Origin: Octopus bimaculoides
Lineage: Eukaryota
NCBI RefSeq assembly: GCF_001194135.2
Contig: NC_068999.1
Location: 50,902,326-50,966,325 of the forward strand
Length of the DNA: 64,000 nucleotides
Direction of reading: 5' to 3'
The stretch's first letter is position 1. Each line of letters begins with the position of its first letter. Below, piece by piece: positions 14,522-25,716 of this stretch. A program made the position numbers and the translations under genes. The notes beneath the pieces are model-generated. The model was not told the origin of the DNA. It ran no database searches and was given only the letters and a program-made list of their open reading frames with translations.

Positions 14522-15426
14522 CTGTCTGTCTGACTGTCTATCTGTCTGTGTATGTATGTATATATGTGTGTGTGTGTATGTATGTATCAGCCATTTCTGA
14601 CAGGAATGTTTTACTTCCCTATTCGTATGGTGCTTTATTTTGATAACTCCTGAATCGTGAAAATTAAAAGTTCGTCCCAGGAGGAATACAACTCGAGTAT
14701 TAAAGGCACTTAAATAAACATCACAAATTTGTTTTCTCTGACAATTTATATGATTGCTTTCTAACAACAATTCAAAGATTAGGATACAGAGGACTAGATT
14801 TATTTCACTATTGGACTAGCATTTTATTTCTTCTCAATAATACGAACGAATCAAACAGAAGACAGAGCTGAACACGCTCTGCAAAGCAACATGACTAAAT
14901 ACGGCAAGTCGTTTTAATGTCGAGCAAATGGTTCTGTCAATTTACCAACGATATTTCTTCTTTAATATATTCATAAGCATATGCGTCACGAATGCAACAT
15001 GAGCTATAAATATTTAGCATTTCTTCTTCAACAATGCACTGAATCCTGCAGACTTTTTGTGCAAAATTCCACACCCATCTGGGTAGAGGATAAACACATT
15101 AATTAAAACTACTCATTTGTAATTAATACCACACCTTAACATGATTAGTGACATGATCGGATATTACAACTCTTTACAAAACATGTCTAGTCTAGTAAAG
15201 ATTGGTGTTGTATATTATGTAATAACATCCCGTTATATATAATGCATTAAACAATTAAATCATCAGCTTACAACTTTGAATAGGTGCGTGGACACTAAAT
15301 GCACAACACAGGGTTACTTATACGCATAGTGAGAGTGTATATATATATATGTGTGTGTATACATATGCATATATATATATATATANNNNNNNNNNNNNNN
15401 NNNNNNNNNNNNNNNNNNNNNNNNNN

Positions 15427-15464
<38 letters not shown>

Positions 15465-16471
15465 CAGAGGTTGGAGAATATGATGGAAACACCTTAAAAT
15501 TTGAAACAATTTTATTTTAATATTGTGTAGGACCGGCTTTGGTAGTAGCTGGACTTGTACAAAGTTTGCATTGTTTCCAAAGGAATTTTTGTCCATTCTG
15601 CAGCTAAAATAATCTCCAGTTCTTGTCGTGATGATCGTGGAGGATATTGACTCCTTACTTGTTTTTCTAAAATGCACAATAAATGTTCAATAATATCGAG
15701 ATCTGGGGACTGCGGTGGTCAGATAAGATGTTCAATTTCACTAGAATGTTCCTTCTGCTATTCAGTAACAACTTTAGCTGTGTGAATGGTGCATTATCAT
15801 CCTGAAAGATTGCGTCTCTCTCCGGAAACAGTTCCGCAACCATAGGATGAATTCGATTAGATAAAATGCTTAAATAGTATTCACTATTAATTCTGCTATG
15901 AAGGGAAACCATTGGACCGACGGATTTCCAAGATATAGCCTCCCAGATCATCACAGATCCTCCTCCATGCTTAACGGTTGGAAGAAGGCAGTCTGAGTCA
16001 AATGTTTCTTTTGGCTGCTCCCACACGTATACTCGGCTGGTGGTCGGAAATGAGGTAAAGGATGACTCCTCCGATAAAATAACATTCTTCCACTGCAATA
16101 GGGACCAATTCTGTTGGTTTTTTTCTCCACTCTAAACGCTTTGCACCGTTGGTTTTGAAAGCAGTGGCTTTCTAGTTGCAGCCCTCCCGTGAAATCCAGA
16201 TTTGTACAGCTCTCGGCGAACAGTTATTGTGGAAACTGTGTTCTCGAGGTGGCCATTAATCTATGCAGTAATTTTAGGAGCTGTACTTTTGTGATCTTTT
16301 CTAACAAATCGCTCAAGAGTCCGACGGTCCCTATCTGAAAGTTTTGGTTTCCTTTCGGAGTTTTGTTTCGACGAGGAGGCTTTTCCTCTTTCTCAAAGGC
16401 TGTCATTACGTTCAAGACAGTACTCCTTGATACACCATATATTTCGGCTGTTTCCGTTCGCTAGTGCCTGC
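15465..16471 (-). mobile_element. Tc1-type DNA transposon (DD36E, Incomer-like), 5'-truncated and decayed
   Basis: TA at 15463-15464 is followed by a TIR-like CAGAGGTTGGAGAATATGATGGAAACACC (15465-15493). A frameshifted transposase remnant runs on the minus strand from ~16471 to a stop at 15517-15519. The other end is lost in a (TACA)n tract at ~16472. Confidence 0.93.
15517..16471 (-). pseudogene. Tc1 transposase pseudogene (HTH plus DDE domain)
   Basis: Joining frames by hand gives AGTSERKTAEIYGVSRSTVLNVMTAFEKE..RKPKLSDRDRRTLERFVRKDHKSTAPKIT..TVRRELYKSGFHGRAATRKPLLS..WKNVILSEESSF..LLPTVKHGGGSVMIWEAIS..IFQDDNAP(I)HTAKVVTE*QKEHSSEIEHLI*PPQSPDLDIIEHL..GPTQY*. It has several stops and frameshifts, and the first catalytic D reads E. 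Confidence 0.93.
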
Positions 16472-16660
16472 TATACATACATACATACTTACATACATAC
16501 ATATATATATATACATGCATACATACATACATACACATATATATGTGTGTGTGTATATATTCATGCATACATACATATATATATATATATATAATAAGCA
16601 CGTACATAATACATACACATACACACAGACGCGCGCGCGCGCACCCACACACACACATAA
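16472..16660. repeat. (TACA)n/(TA)n/(CA)n/(CG)n compound microsatellite at the broken end of the Tc1 element
   Basis: Directly visible. Confidence 0.92.
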
Positions 16661-17204
16661 ACATTGAAGTAGATATGCAATGGCTACAAATATGGAAATT
16701 GATAGTGAGAATATCTAGATATATTTCAATTATTATATGAATAGACAATAGAAAATCTTCCCGAATAGAATATAGTGTGATAATGGATTCTTCTACACAG
16801 AAATGAAAAGAAGATAATATGGAGGAAGTGAATCATTTGTATGTGAGAATTGTAATCTGCTTTTATTATTAATTACACGGATGAAACTAAAGAAAACATG
16901 TTGAAATAATCAACATTAAACTCCTCCGCACGCACACATATACGCACAAACACGCATATATAGTAATTGTATATGTGTATATATATATATGTGTGTGTGT
17001 GTGTGTACATACTGTGTGTGAATTGTGAGTATATATAGATAATGTGTGTGTATGTACTCTCTGTGAAATAAACCCGTATTATATTTATAATACGTTTATC
17101 CTGTATTGTTTAATTATTCTTAATAGCTAGTTCTTCTTTCCACCTATTAGCCTATATTTCATTATTGGCCTTCTGTTGCGTACTCTAACACACACGTGTC
17201 CACA

Positions 17205-17260
17205 GTGGTGGCTGAGTGGTAAGAATTTGCTCGCCTATCACAGCGACACAAGCAGTATAA
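17205..17260 (+). mobile_element. degenerate tRNA-like SINE head
   Basis: There is an A-box motif GGTGGCTGAGTGGTAAG, but no intact B box or cloverleaf. Confidence 0.35.
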
Positions 17261-17640
17261 TTACCGAATGAAAATCTTGATATCCAATTGTGATAGAACA
17301 GAGAACACTGCGTAAGTTACCTTGAGGAGGAGGTCTCTCATAAGGATACGAGGCGCATAAAATCACTCGTAACCGTATCATTGACAGTCGAGATTTGTCT
17401 GCTATGGCCGTTGGAACGGTCAGATGCACATTATACATATCTATCAGTCTATGAACACACACACTCACCCTCACACACACGTGCACACAAACGTGTACAT
17501 ACTCATACAGACACACACACAGACACACACATATATATGCACATGTGTGTGAAAGCGTCCTTGCGTGTATCCAAGTATATATAAAAAGATTATTTGCAAA
17601 GTGTTTTCATTAAAACAGGTATCTATAATGCAAATGGAAA

Positions 17641-17775
17641 AATAATTCCTTCCAAAGAAAGGCGTGTGTATGTGTGTGTGTGTGTGTCGTACATTCCACG
17701 GAAGAATAATTCCTTCCAAAGCAAGGCGTGTATGTGTGTGTGTATGTGTGTGTGTGTGTGTGCGTGTGTGCGAAC

Positions 17776-17810
<35 letters not shown>

Positions 17811-17830
17811 TGTGTGTGGTACATTCCACC
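17641..17830. repeat. two-unit tandem duplication with an internal (TG)n of variable length
   Basis: AATAATTCCTTCCAAAG[A/C]AAGGCGTG-(TG)n-GTACATTCCAC occurs twice (17641-17699 and 17705-17829). Confidence 0.88.
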
Positions 17831-18269
17831 TCATTTTCATTTTAGTCCATGAAACTGATGTTCAGTCGTTTAAAGAATCTGCTACTTGCTGTAGCTGTAA
17901 TATAACTCATATTACTTAGGAATAGCTAAACAACGACCTCGAGGCATTACATCTTTAAACTTTGTTACTATGAAAATTCTGTATATAAATATTGGTAATG
18001 TTCATACGAATTGAACATTATTATTTGCTGCAAATTATGGAAGTATGAAGAAAAAAAAAGCAAAACCAGTTGACTACACACACTCATGCATGCATATGTG
18101 TGTGTGTGTCCGTATGTTTCTAAGCATGTATAATGGTAATTATGATTGAATCTCTAGAGTTATAAATATTTTTAATAAATCAAGCAATTTTACTGTATTT
18201 TACTATAATGTTCAAATATCTCCCATTGGCCACTTCGAGTTATGTCGCTTAGCTCATTTTAAAATTAAA

Positions 18270-18390
18270 TTATGCATATTATATAGCCGTATATAATATA
18301 TAGCCATATATAATATATAGCCATATGTATGGCTATATATTATATATGGCTATTATGCATATTATATAGCCATATTTATTTTATAGCCAT
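18270..18390. repeat. TATAGCCATA-type short tandem repeat containing a long palindrome
   Basis: 18300-18325 is the exact reverse complement of 18328-18353. TTATGCATATTATATAGCC is directly repeated at ~18270 and ~18353. Confidence 0.9.
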
Positions 18391-18803
18391 ACATATTACA
18401 TAGGTAGTTTTATTAAATTATTCATATTATATAACCATAACTGTTTGCTATAAATCTAAGTCCCTTGACTACCGGAGATAAAGACGGAAAGTTGTCCTGA
18501 TGTTGAAGGTTTGGAAGTTAGAAACATATGTCCACATGTGTCATATTCCCAGACAATAATCCTGTCCCTTTAAATACTTGCATGTCAGTTTCGGAAAGTA
18601 TTTGAATCGTAGGATTATTTCACATTCTCAAGCGATGCTGGTTACAAATGACGTTTGGGAATTATAATGCATCCGCTGTTGGAGCTAATTTTAAATAAAT
18701 CAATAATTTTGTTTTAAGATATTTAACACACCGGTATTTCTCCATATCATTCAAACACAGGCCACTAGCTGCTTCCATTTACTTCTCGTGGATTATTTTT
18801 GCC

Positions 18804-18804
<1 letters not shown>

Positions 18805-18899
<95 letters not shown>

Positions 18900-18900
18900 T
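18805..18900. repeat. (CA)n microsatellite
   Basis: Directly visible. Confidence 0.97.
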
Positions 18901-18919
18901 ATATGCATATACATATGTA

Positions 18920-19133
18920 GTGGCACTCCGTCAGTTACGACGTCGAGGGTTCCAGTTGATCCAATCAACGGAACAGCCTAGCCTGCTCGTGAAATTAACG
19001 TGCAAGTGGCTGAGCACTCCACAGACACGTGTAGCCTTAACGTAGTCCTCGGGGAGATTCAGCGTGACACAGTGTGACAAGGCTGACCCCTTTGAATTAC
19101 AGGTGCAACAGAAACAGGAAGTAAGAGTGAGAA
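18920..19133 (-). mobile_element. SINE family B, 3' half
   Basis: GTGGCACTCCGTCAGTTACGACGTCGAGGGTTCCAGTTGATCCAATCAACGGAACAGCC..CTCGTGAAATTAACGTGCAAGTGGCTGAGCACTCC aligns by eye to the 7447-7827 copy in inverted orientation. Confidence 0.85.
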
Positions 19134-19435
19134 GGTACGCCTTTCACGTGTCTGCAATCCTTAGTGAGGCGGCGAAAATCAACTGAGTAGCCTATTCTTA
19201 TGGTTATTGTCTACATTTTGGAAATGCCATCACCAAATTGTAGGTGTTAGATCAATTCTACATCCTCGTTAGAACTGCTATCCCGACTCTCCTAGATGCG
19301 AGGAGTGGCGAGGCTCTTTTGTTACGCATTTATTTAGTGTCTAAGTGTTGCTGACTTCTAGAAGTTCGCGGAACGCTTGTTGTAACTTGTATGGCTTGCA
19401 GTCGAATCTTTACCGAAGATCGGATTGACCGACAA

Positions 19436-19570
19436 TTTTCGCTGAGGTTGAATTTACCTTTCATCCTTTCACGATCGATAAATTAGGTACCAGTGAAACA
19501 CTGGTGTCGGAGTAATGACGAGACCCCTCCCTCAAAATTTCAAGCCTTGTACCTTTAGTACACAAGATTA
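19436..19570 (+). mobile_element. SINE family A, 3' part, followed by an (ATT)n-type tail
   Basis: TTCGCTGAGGTTGAATTTACCTTTCATCCTTTC..GATAAATTAGGTACCAGTGAAACACTGG..AAATTTCAAGCCTTGTACC matches the tails of the other family A copies. Confidence 0.72.
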
Positions 19571-19603
19571 TTATCATTATTATTATGATTATTGTTGTTG
19601 TTG

Positions 19604-19679
<76 letters not shown>

Positions 19680-19886
19680 CAGCAGCAGCAGCAGCAGAAG
19701 CGGGAGCAGCAGCAGCAGAAGCGGGAGCAGCAGCAATATTTAATGAAAGTCAATTTATATTTCAGACACTCATTGGCGCCAGATTCTGCCAATAGGACTG
19801 CATTGATATTATCTGCAGAACACATCGCAAAGGGAAATGAAACAAGTACAACGAGAGTGATAATACTACTATTACCATTTATGATA

Positions 19887-19972
<86 letters not shown>

Positions 19973-19985
19973 GATAATAATGTAA
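19570..19985. repeat. compound trinucleotide arrays (ATT/GTT/AGT/AGC, then GAT/AAT)
   Basis: Directly visible at 19570-19735 and 19885-19985. Confidence 0.95.
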
Positions 19986-20831
19986 CAAAGAAGAGCAAAT
20001 CATACAATTGTGATAGAAGCTTATCTCATCTAACTTTAGACGTTGAGAATTATGAAGGGAATTTCTTTAACGTATCAAAAAAGTAAATGATGAGTACTTT
20101 TATAGAAGCAGTGACAGGATCTTGAGTACACACACACACACACGCACACACAAACACACACACAAACACACACACAAACACACACACACACACACACGTA
20201 CAAACACATACTCACACACACGAACATAGTCGTGATGGGGATTTGAGATAAGTTTAGCAATTTTTTTTGTTAATATATATTCTTGTGTTTGTGGCTATTA
20301 TTATTGTTGTTGTTGTTGTTGTTACTGTTATTAATATGACGAGCGCGATAGCAATCTATGATTTACTTTTCGTTTTTATGCATTATATTCGAAAGTTCTT
20401 TAAGCGAATTATCGATCTCTCACTATCTCTGATTTTCCTTACACTCCCTTACGTTATGAACCTTACGTTATAAAGACGTCTGCCAGTCAGGAGTGTGTCA
20501 GTAGCTGCGGAATAGACACGTGAAAATCTACTGTTAATTAGTATTTGTGACAGGATTTATATCTGGGGATTAACTGTTTCACGTCCTGATCCTTTTCTTT
20601 CTTATTTGCTATGAATAGTAGACAACCAGCGTCTATTCCAATTTTAACTCTTATAACAATGCAGAACCCCAATCCTCAATAAGAACTACGTTGTCATTCA
20701 AAATTCAAATTAAATATCATATAACACTTTGCTGTTTAGCCCCAGGTCAGTCTTTGCCTTGAAGTTATATGATCACAGACGTTCAAGGGAGAGATAGCTG
20801 CTTTTTTTTGTTATATTTTACTTGATTCAAA

Positions 20832-20985
20832 CATTGGTCTGTGGCCATGCTGGGACATCACATTCAGAGGTATTTAGTCGAACAAATCAACCCCAGTACT
20901 TATGATTATATTCATTCTACTACTTATTTCATTGGTCTACCTGAACCGCTAGATTGCGAGGATTTAAACAAACTAATACAGGTAT
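20832..20985 (-). mobile_element. SINE family C, 3' half
   Basis: GTGGCCATGCTGG..TTTAGTCGAACAAATCAACCCCAGTACTTA..GAACCGCTAG matches 23250-23440 and the reverse complement of 55431-55535. Confidence 0.68.
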
Positions 20986-21019
20986 GTATGTATGAATAAG
21001 GATGAATAAAATTAAGCTG

Positions 21020-21086
<67 letters not shown>

Positions 21087-21100
21087 TGTATGTATGTATC

Positions 21101-21270
21101 AAGGCTCAGTCTTAGCTGTGTGGCAGGCAGTTTTCTTCTCAACCATTGAGTTCTGACTTCAATTCCACACTGTTAGCACCTTGGGAAAGCGTCTTCTATA
21201 GCCGCGGCCCGATTAATGTCTTGTGCGTAAATTTGGTTGAGGGAAACTGCAACAAGCCTCTCTGTTCCAC
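21101..21270 (+). mobile_element. SINE family C, 5' half
   Basis: GCTGTGTGG..AACCATTGAGTTCTGACTTCAATTCCACACTG..GCACCTTGGGAAAGCGTCTTCTATAGCC..ATTTGGTTGAGGGAAACTG parallels 60001-60160. Confidence 0.65.
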
Positions 21271-21639
21271 TAAACTATTCCAGGCAGCACCCTAACATGA
21301 CCGCTGTACAAAGAATGAGACAAGTAAGCTTTAAAAGATATGTGTATGTGAGTGTGTGTGTGTGTTTGCATGTATGTATGTATCATGGTTATCCACCAGA
21401 CCGTCACTTGTGCATATTTTCACTTACACTGTAGATACTCTGTGATAATGATGTTTATCTCTAACTCCAGAGGAGGAGGAGGAGGGGAGAGGTGAACAGG
21501 TTAGAATAAATGGATCAGTGCAATATTTTGTTATTTCTCGTATTGTGTAAGTTTTAGCTTTGCTGCTGTATACAAATCAGAAATACGTGCTCAAACACGC
21601 ACTAACACATACGTGAAAGCGTTTGCATGTATAAAAGTA

Positions 21640-21815
21640 ATATATATCTGTGAATGTATACACACACACACACACATACACGCACGCGTATATACATATT
21701 CATAAACATACAGACACACACACACACATGTATATATACATATATATATGTATATATATATGTATATGTATGTATATGCAAATATATATTTATGTATATA
21801 TATATATATATATAC

Positions 21816-21911
<96 letters not shown>

Positions 21912-22060
21912 ACAAACATGCATATGCTTATCAATACATGAATCCCTACATAGAATACACGTATTTATGAACACGTACACGCACACGCACACACACACAC
22001 ATATACACACACATATATACGCTCGCACAAATGTACTCATGCATACAAAATGAGAGAGAA
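21640..22060. repeat. (CA)/(TA)n microsatellite region
   Basis: Directly visible, with a long (TA)n at ~21790-21908. Confidence 0.95.
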
Positions 22061-23249
22061 AGGGGGATAGGAGGGGAGAGAGAGAGGAGTAAGAAAGAAA
22101 AAGAAATGTGTTATTGTGTATTTGATTTTCATGCTAGAATATGCGTCTTTGCCTCGAATTATAAATAAAATGAACAGTCCATAATTTTTCGCATCGCATA
22201 GGATAAATAAAATAAAGAATAAAATAAACTCATTTCTATCTATAATACGCCCTACTCCATTCCATGTAATACATACTTTCCTATGCCTTTCTTTGCCACA
22301 TTATAGTTTGCTTTGCTCTTTTTTCTTTTTGTTAATTCTAAATTAAACAATATATTGCAATTTGAGGAAATATTTGTATTTAATCAGCTGTATATTCACG
22401 CTGGTTCTAATTTATAAAGGTTCCATAATGGCAGAAGAATATTGAATAATTCGGGAATATCTTTTTCTCTCAGTTTAACTGCATTCATTGTTTTATTGTT
22501 TCGTCTCAATCGATGATTTAAAATCGCAATTTAATTGTAAAAGGCTCATGAAATCGTTCATTACACAGCAAATACTCGTTCATTGATATTTTTGGCCATT
22601 GTTAACAGCATGAAATTGCAATTTTATATAAAAGCATTCAATCACAGTAAACAAACGTTGCTAAAATGAGAATTGTTTTCCATATTAGATTTGTGACTCA
22701 ATCCTGAAAAAAGGTAGTTTATTTAATCTACAATAGAGAAAGTAATATAAAATATGACATTTAATATAAGTAAGTACGTTTTGACTCGTGTTTTACTTCA
22801 GTTTTGATGTTGAACTGTGATGCTTCCACTGAAAGCTTTCCAAATATATACATTCTAAGATGTGTCTGTTGAGTACAGTTAAATACACTTTTTTTACCAA
22901 TGCTATAATCGTTTATGTCTGCATATTAGATATGATACACACGTGACTATTCTAACCTACTTCTGCTTCTGTTGCATATAACAGCTTTTAATTCAGCCAT
23001 GAGTTTTGTTGCAACATCAGTGATTGTTCAGTCGCAGTTTTACTACAACACTGGCGATGGATGTTTTTTTCTTCCTAGTAATGACTATATGCTACTGACA
23101 AAGCACAAGAAGGAAGAAATACTAATCTAGCATTCTCAGCGCTGTTGATTTCCGTCCATAACTGCTTTATTTGCTTTTAACACAGCGCGTCCATAAGTGT
23201 TATTATCTTCGGACGAATGTTGTAGTACATTTCCTTTCTCACGATGTAT

Positions 23250-23440
23250 TCACATTTTCATTTGACTGCGGCCATGCTGGGACAACGCCTCTAGTCGAGC
23301 AAATCGACCCCATGACTTATTCTTTGTAAGCCTAATCCTTATTTCATCGGTCTATTTTGCTGAACTGCTAAGTTACGGGGGACATAAACACACCATCATC
23401 GGTTGTCAAGTGATGCCAGGGGTACAAATACCGACAAACA
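23250..23440 (-). mobile_element. SINE family C, 3' half, best preserved
   Basis: CATTTGACTGCGGCCATGCTGG..CTAGTCGAGCAAATCGACCCC..CTTATTCTTTGTAAGCCTA..AAGTTACGGGGGACATAAACACACC..CGGTTGTCAAGTGATG is followed by a CA-type microsatellite. Confidence 0.82.
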
Positions 23441-24415
23441 AACATTATCACACACACACATACATACACACACATATATACACATACACTCCTGCGCCTA
23501 AACCTTTATGTGTTTTTTCTACAGCATTAAAAACATAATAGCTCTTATTTCTAGCAATGTAACTGTATTTCTAGTAACATACCCTTAGTCACCTTCGAAA
23601 AAGTCGAAAAGACTGAAACCGGTACTAAAATATTCTTCATGATAAAATTATTTCAGCATTTTTTACTTTGTCTTATTTCCCTTACNNNNNNNNNNNNNNN
23701 NNNNNNNNNNNNNNNNNNNNNNNNNNNNNNNNNNNNNNNNNNNNNNNNNNNNNNNNNNNNNNNNNNNNNNNNNNNNNNNNNNNNNNNNNNNNNNNNNNNN
23801 NNNNNNNNNNNNNNNNNNNNNNNNNNNNNNNNNNNNNNNNNNNNNNNNNNNNNNNNNNNNNNNNNNNNNNNNNNNNNNNNNNNNNNNNNNNNNNNNNNNN
23901 NNNNNNNNNNNNNNNNNNNNNNNNNNNNNNNNNNNNNNNNNNNNNNNNNNNNNNNNNNNNNNNNNNNNNNNNNNNNNNNNNNNNNNNNNNNNNNNNNNNN
24001 NNNNNNNNNNNNNNNNNNNNNNNNNNNNNNNNNNNNNNNNNNNNNNNNNNNNNNNNNNNNNNNNNNNNNNNNNNNNNNNNNNNNNNNNNNNNNNNNNNNN
24101 NNNNNNNNNNNNNNNNNNNNNNNNNNNNNNNNNNNNNNNNNNNNNNNNNNNNNNNNNNNNNNNNNNNNNNNNNNNNNNNNNNNNNNNNNNNNNNNNNNNN
24201 NNNNNNNNNNNNNNNNNNNNNNNNNNNNNNNNNNNNNNNNNNNNNNNNNNNNNNNNNNNNNNNNNNNNNNNNNNNNNNNNNNNNNNNNNNNNNNNNNNNN
24301 NNNNNNNNNNNNNNNNNNNNNNNNNNNNNNNNNNNNNNNNNNNNNNNNNNNNNNNNNNNNNNNNNNNNNNNNNNNNNNNNNNNNNNNNNNNNNNNNNNNN
24401 NNNNNNNNNNNNNNN

Positions 24416-24458
<43 letters not shown>

Positions 24459-25581
24459 CATACACACACGCTGCAGCCATACATGAATCTCGCATCAGCA
24501 GTATCTTTTAAGTCATCTAGCAATGACTCTTTCTATATAACGAGATTAATTTTCCGCTTCACTCCAAAGTTATTGTGATGTTCGTCCATTGATTACTTGA
24601 ACATATTAAAATATTTGCGTACATTTAATAATCCGTATTTGATTTAAATATACTAAGTTTATGAAAGTAATCGATATGCAGCAAATTTTCACCTGGAACT
24701 GCAGCTGAAGAAACAAAGACAGATTTGTCAGGTAATATAAAATTTAATTAATACCACTGACAGCACGATCACACAACAATACCTACATACGGTTTCATTA
24801 AGTATAAAAATAAAATCGATACAAGATTAGTGCTCATAGTTAATATATAAATCATTGAGTTATGAAAACCACCGTCTACATAAAGAAATTATATGGAAAT
24901 TCAAACTCACATGAACTATCTCTATATTAAAAATATATATTACTCAGAAAATAAGCTGTCGTTCATAGAAAAATACTTATGTAAGTGTAGTGACGAGAGG
25001 AGTGTTCTTATATCTGATTTAACATTCTGGATTGCACGTGCAACGCCTCCTTTGGTATTTACATACAGCTTAGAGTCTAGGAACAATACATTTTGTGTAA
25101 ATAGCGTATTATATTTACATATCTTGTATTTATATGTTCCGGCAACGTAAATGTAAATAAGCTAACAAGCATATAAGTGTTTGTTTAGTACGAAAAAATA
25201 TTGTCTCATCATGTCTGTGAGAAGCTAATGGCGTGCCAAATTGGAACAAAACTGAAGAATATAAATAAGTGTACTAACAAAGTCATTTGCTATGTGACGA
25301 AGTAATTATTGTTTATTTTGTCGAGAGACGATAAAATGTCATTCTATGTCTGTTGTGGCAGGGTGGGGGGAGAGCTACATTGTCTGCAACGATACACTGT
25401 ATATATTTCATCGGGAGATTCTTCACTATTGTACAATTAGATGTAGTACGTCGTTAGAAAAGAATAAGACTCACAACATAAGAAGATGTGTTCTATTATA
25501 TAATATTGATTTAAAATCTTTACACTGGGCCCGGTAAGTTCGGTGGAGGAGATAAATCGTTTAGTAAAATAACTAGAAATT

Positions 25582-25706
25582 TATTGTATCGATCAGGACG
25601 AAAGGCGAAATTGCCTTAGTGGAATTCGAACTCAGAACATAAAGACGGATGTAATGCCGCTAAGCATTTAGCCCAGCGTGCTAACGATTCTACCAGTTCG
25701 CCGCCA
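25582..25706 (-). mobile_element. SINE family A, head and body
   Basis: The reverse complement reads GGCGGCGAACTGGTAGAATCGTTAGCACGCTGGGCTAAATGCTTAGCGGC..TTCTGAGTTCGAATTCC. Confidence 0.83.
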
Positions 25707-25716
25707 TATTCTATCA

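Noticed and set aside
17641-17830. Repeat-spacer-repeat look-alike (CRISPR)
   Set aside because: It has only two units, the spacers are (TG)n, the context is eukaryotic, and there are no cas genes.
19461-19985. Poly-L/I/T and poly-M/I ORFs
   Set aside because: They are trinucleotide microsatellites at a SINE tail.
20518-20584. Imperfect inverted repeat (ACGTGAAA..TTTCACGT)
   Set aside because: It has two 8-bp blocks split by a 5-nt bulge and a 30-nt loop, which is within chance.
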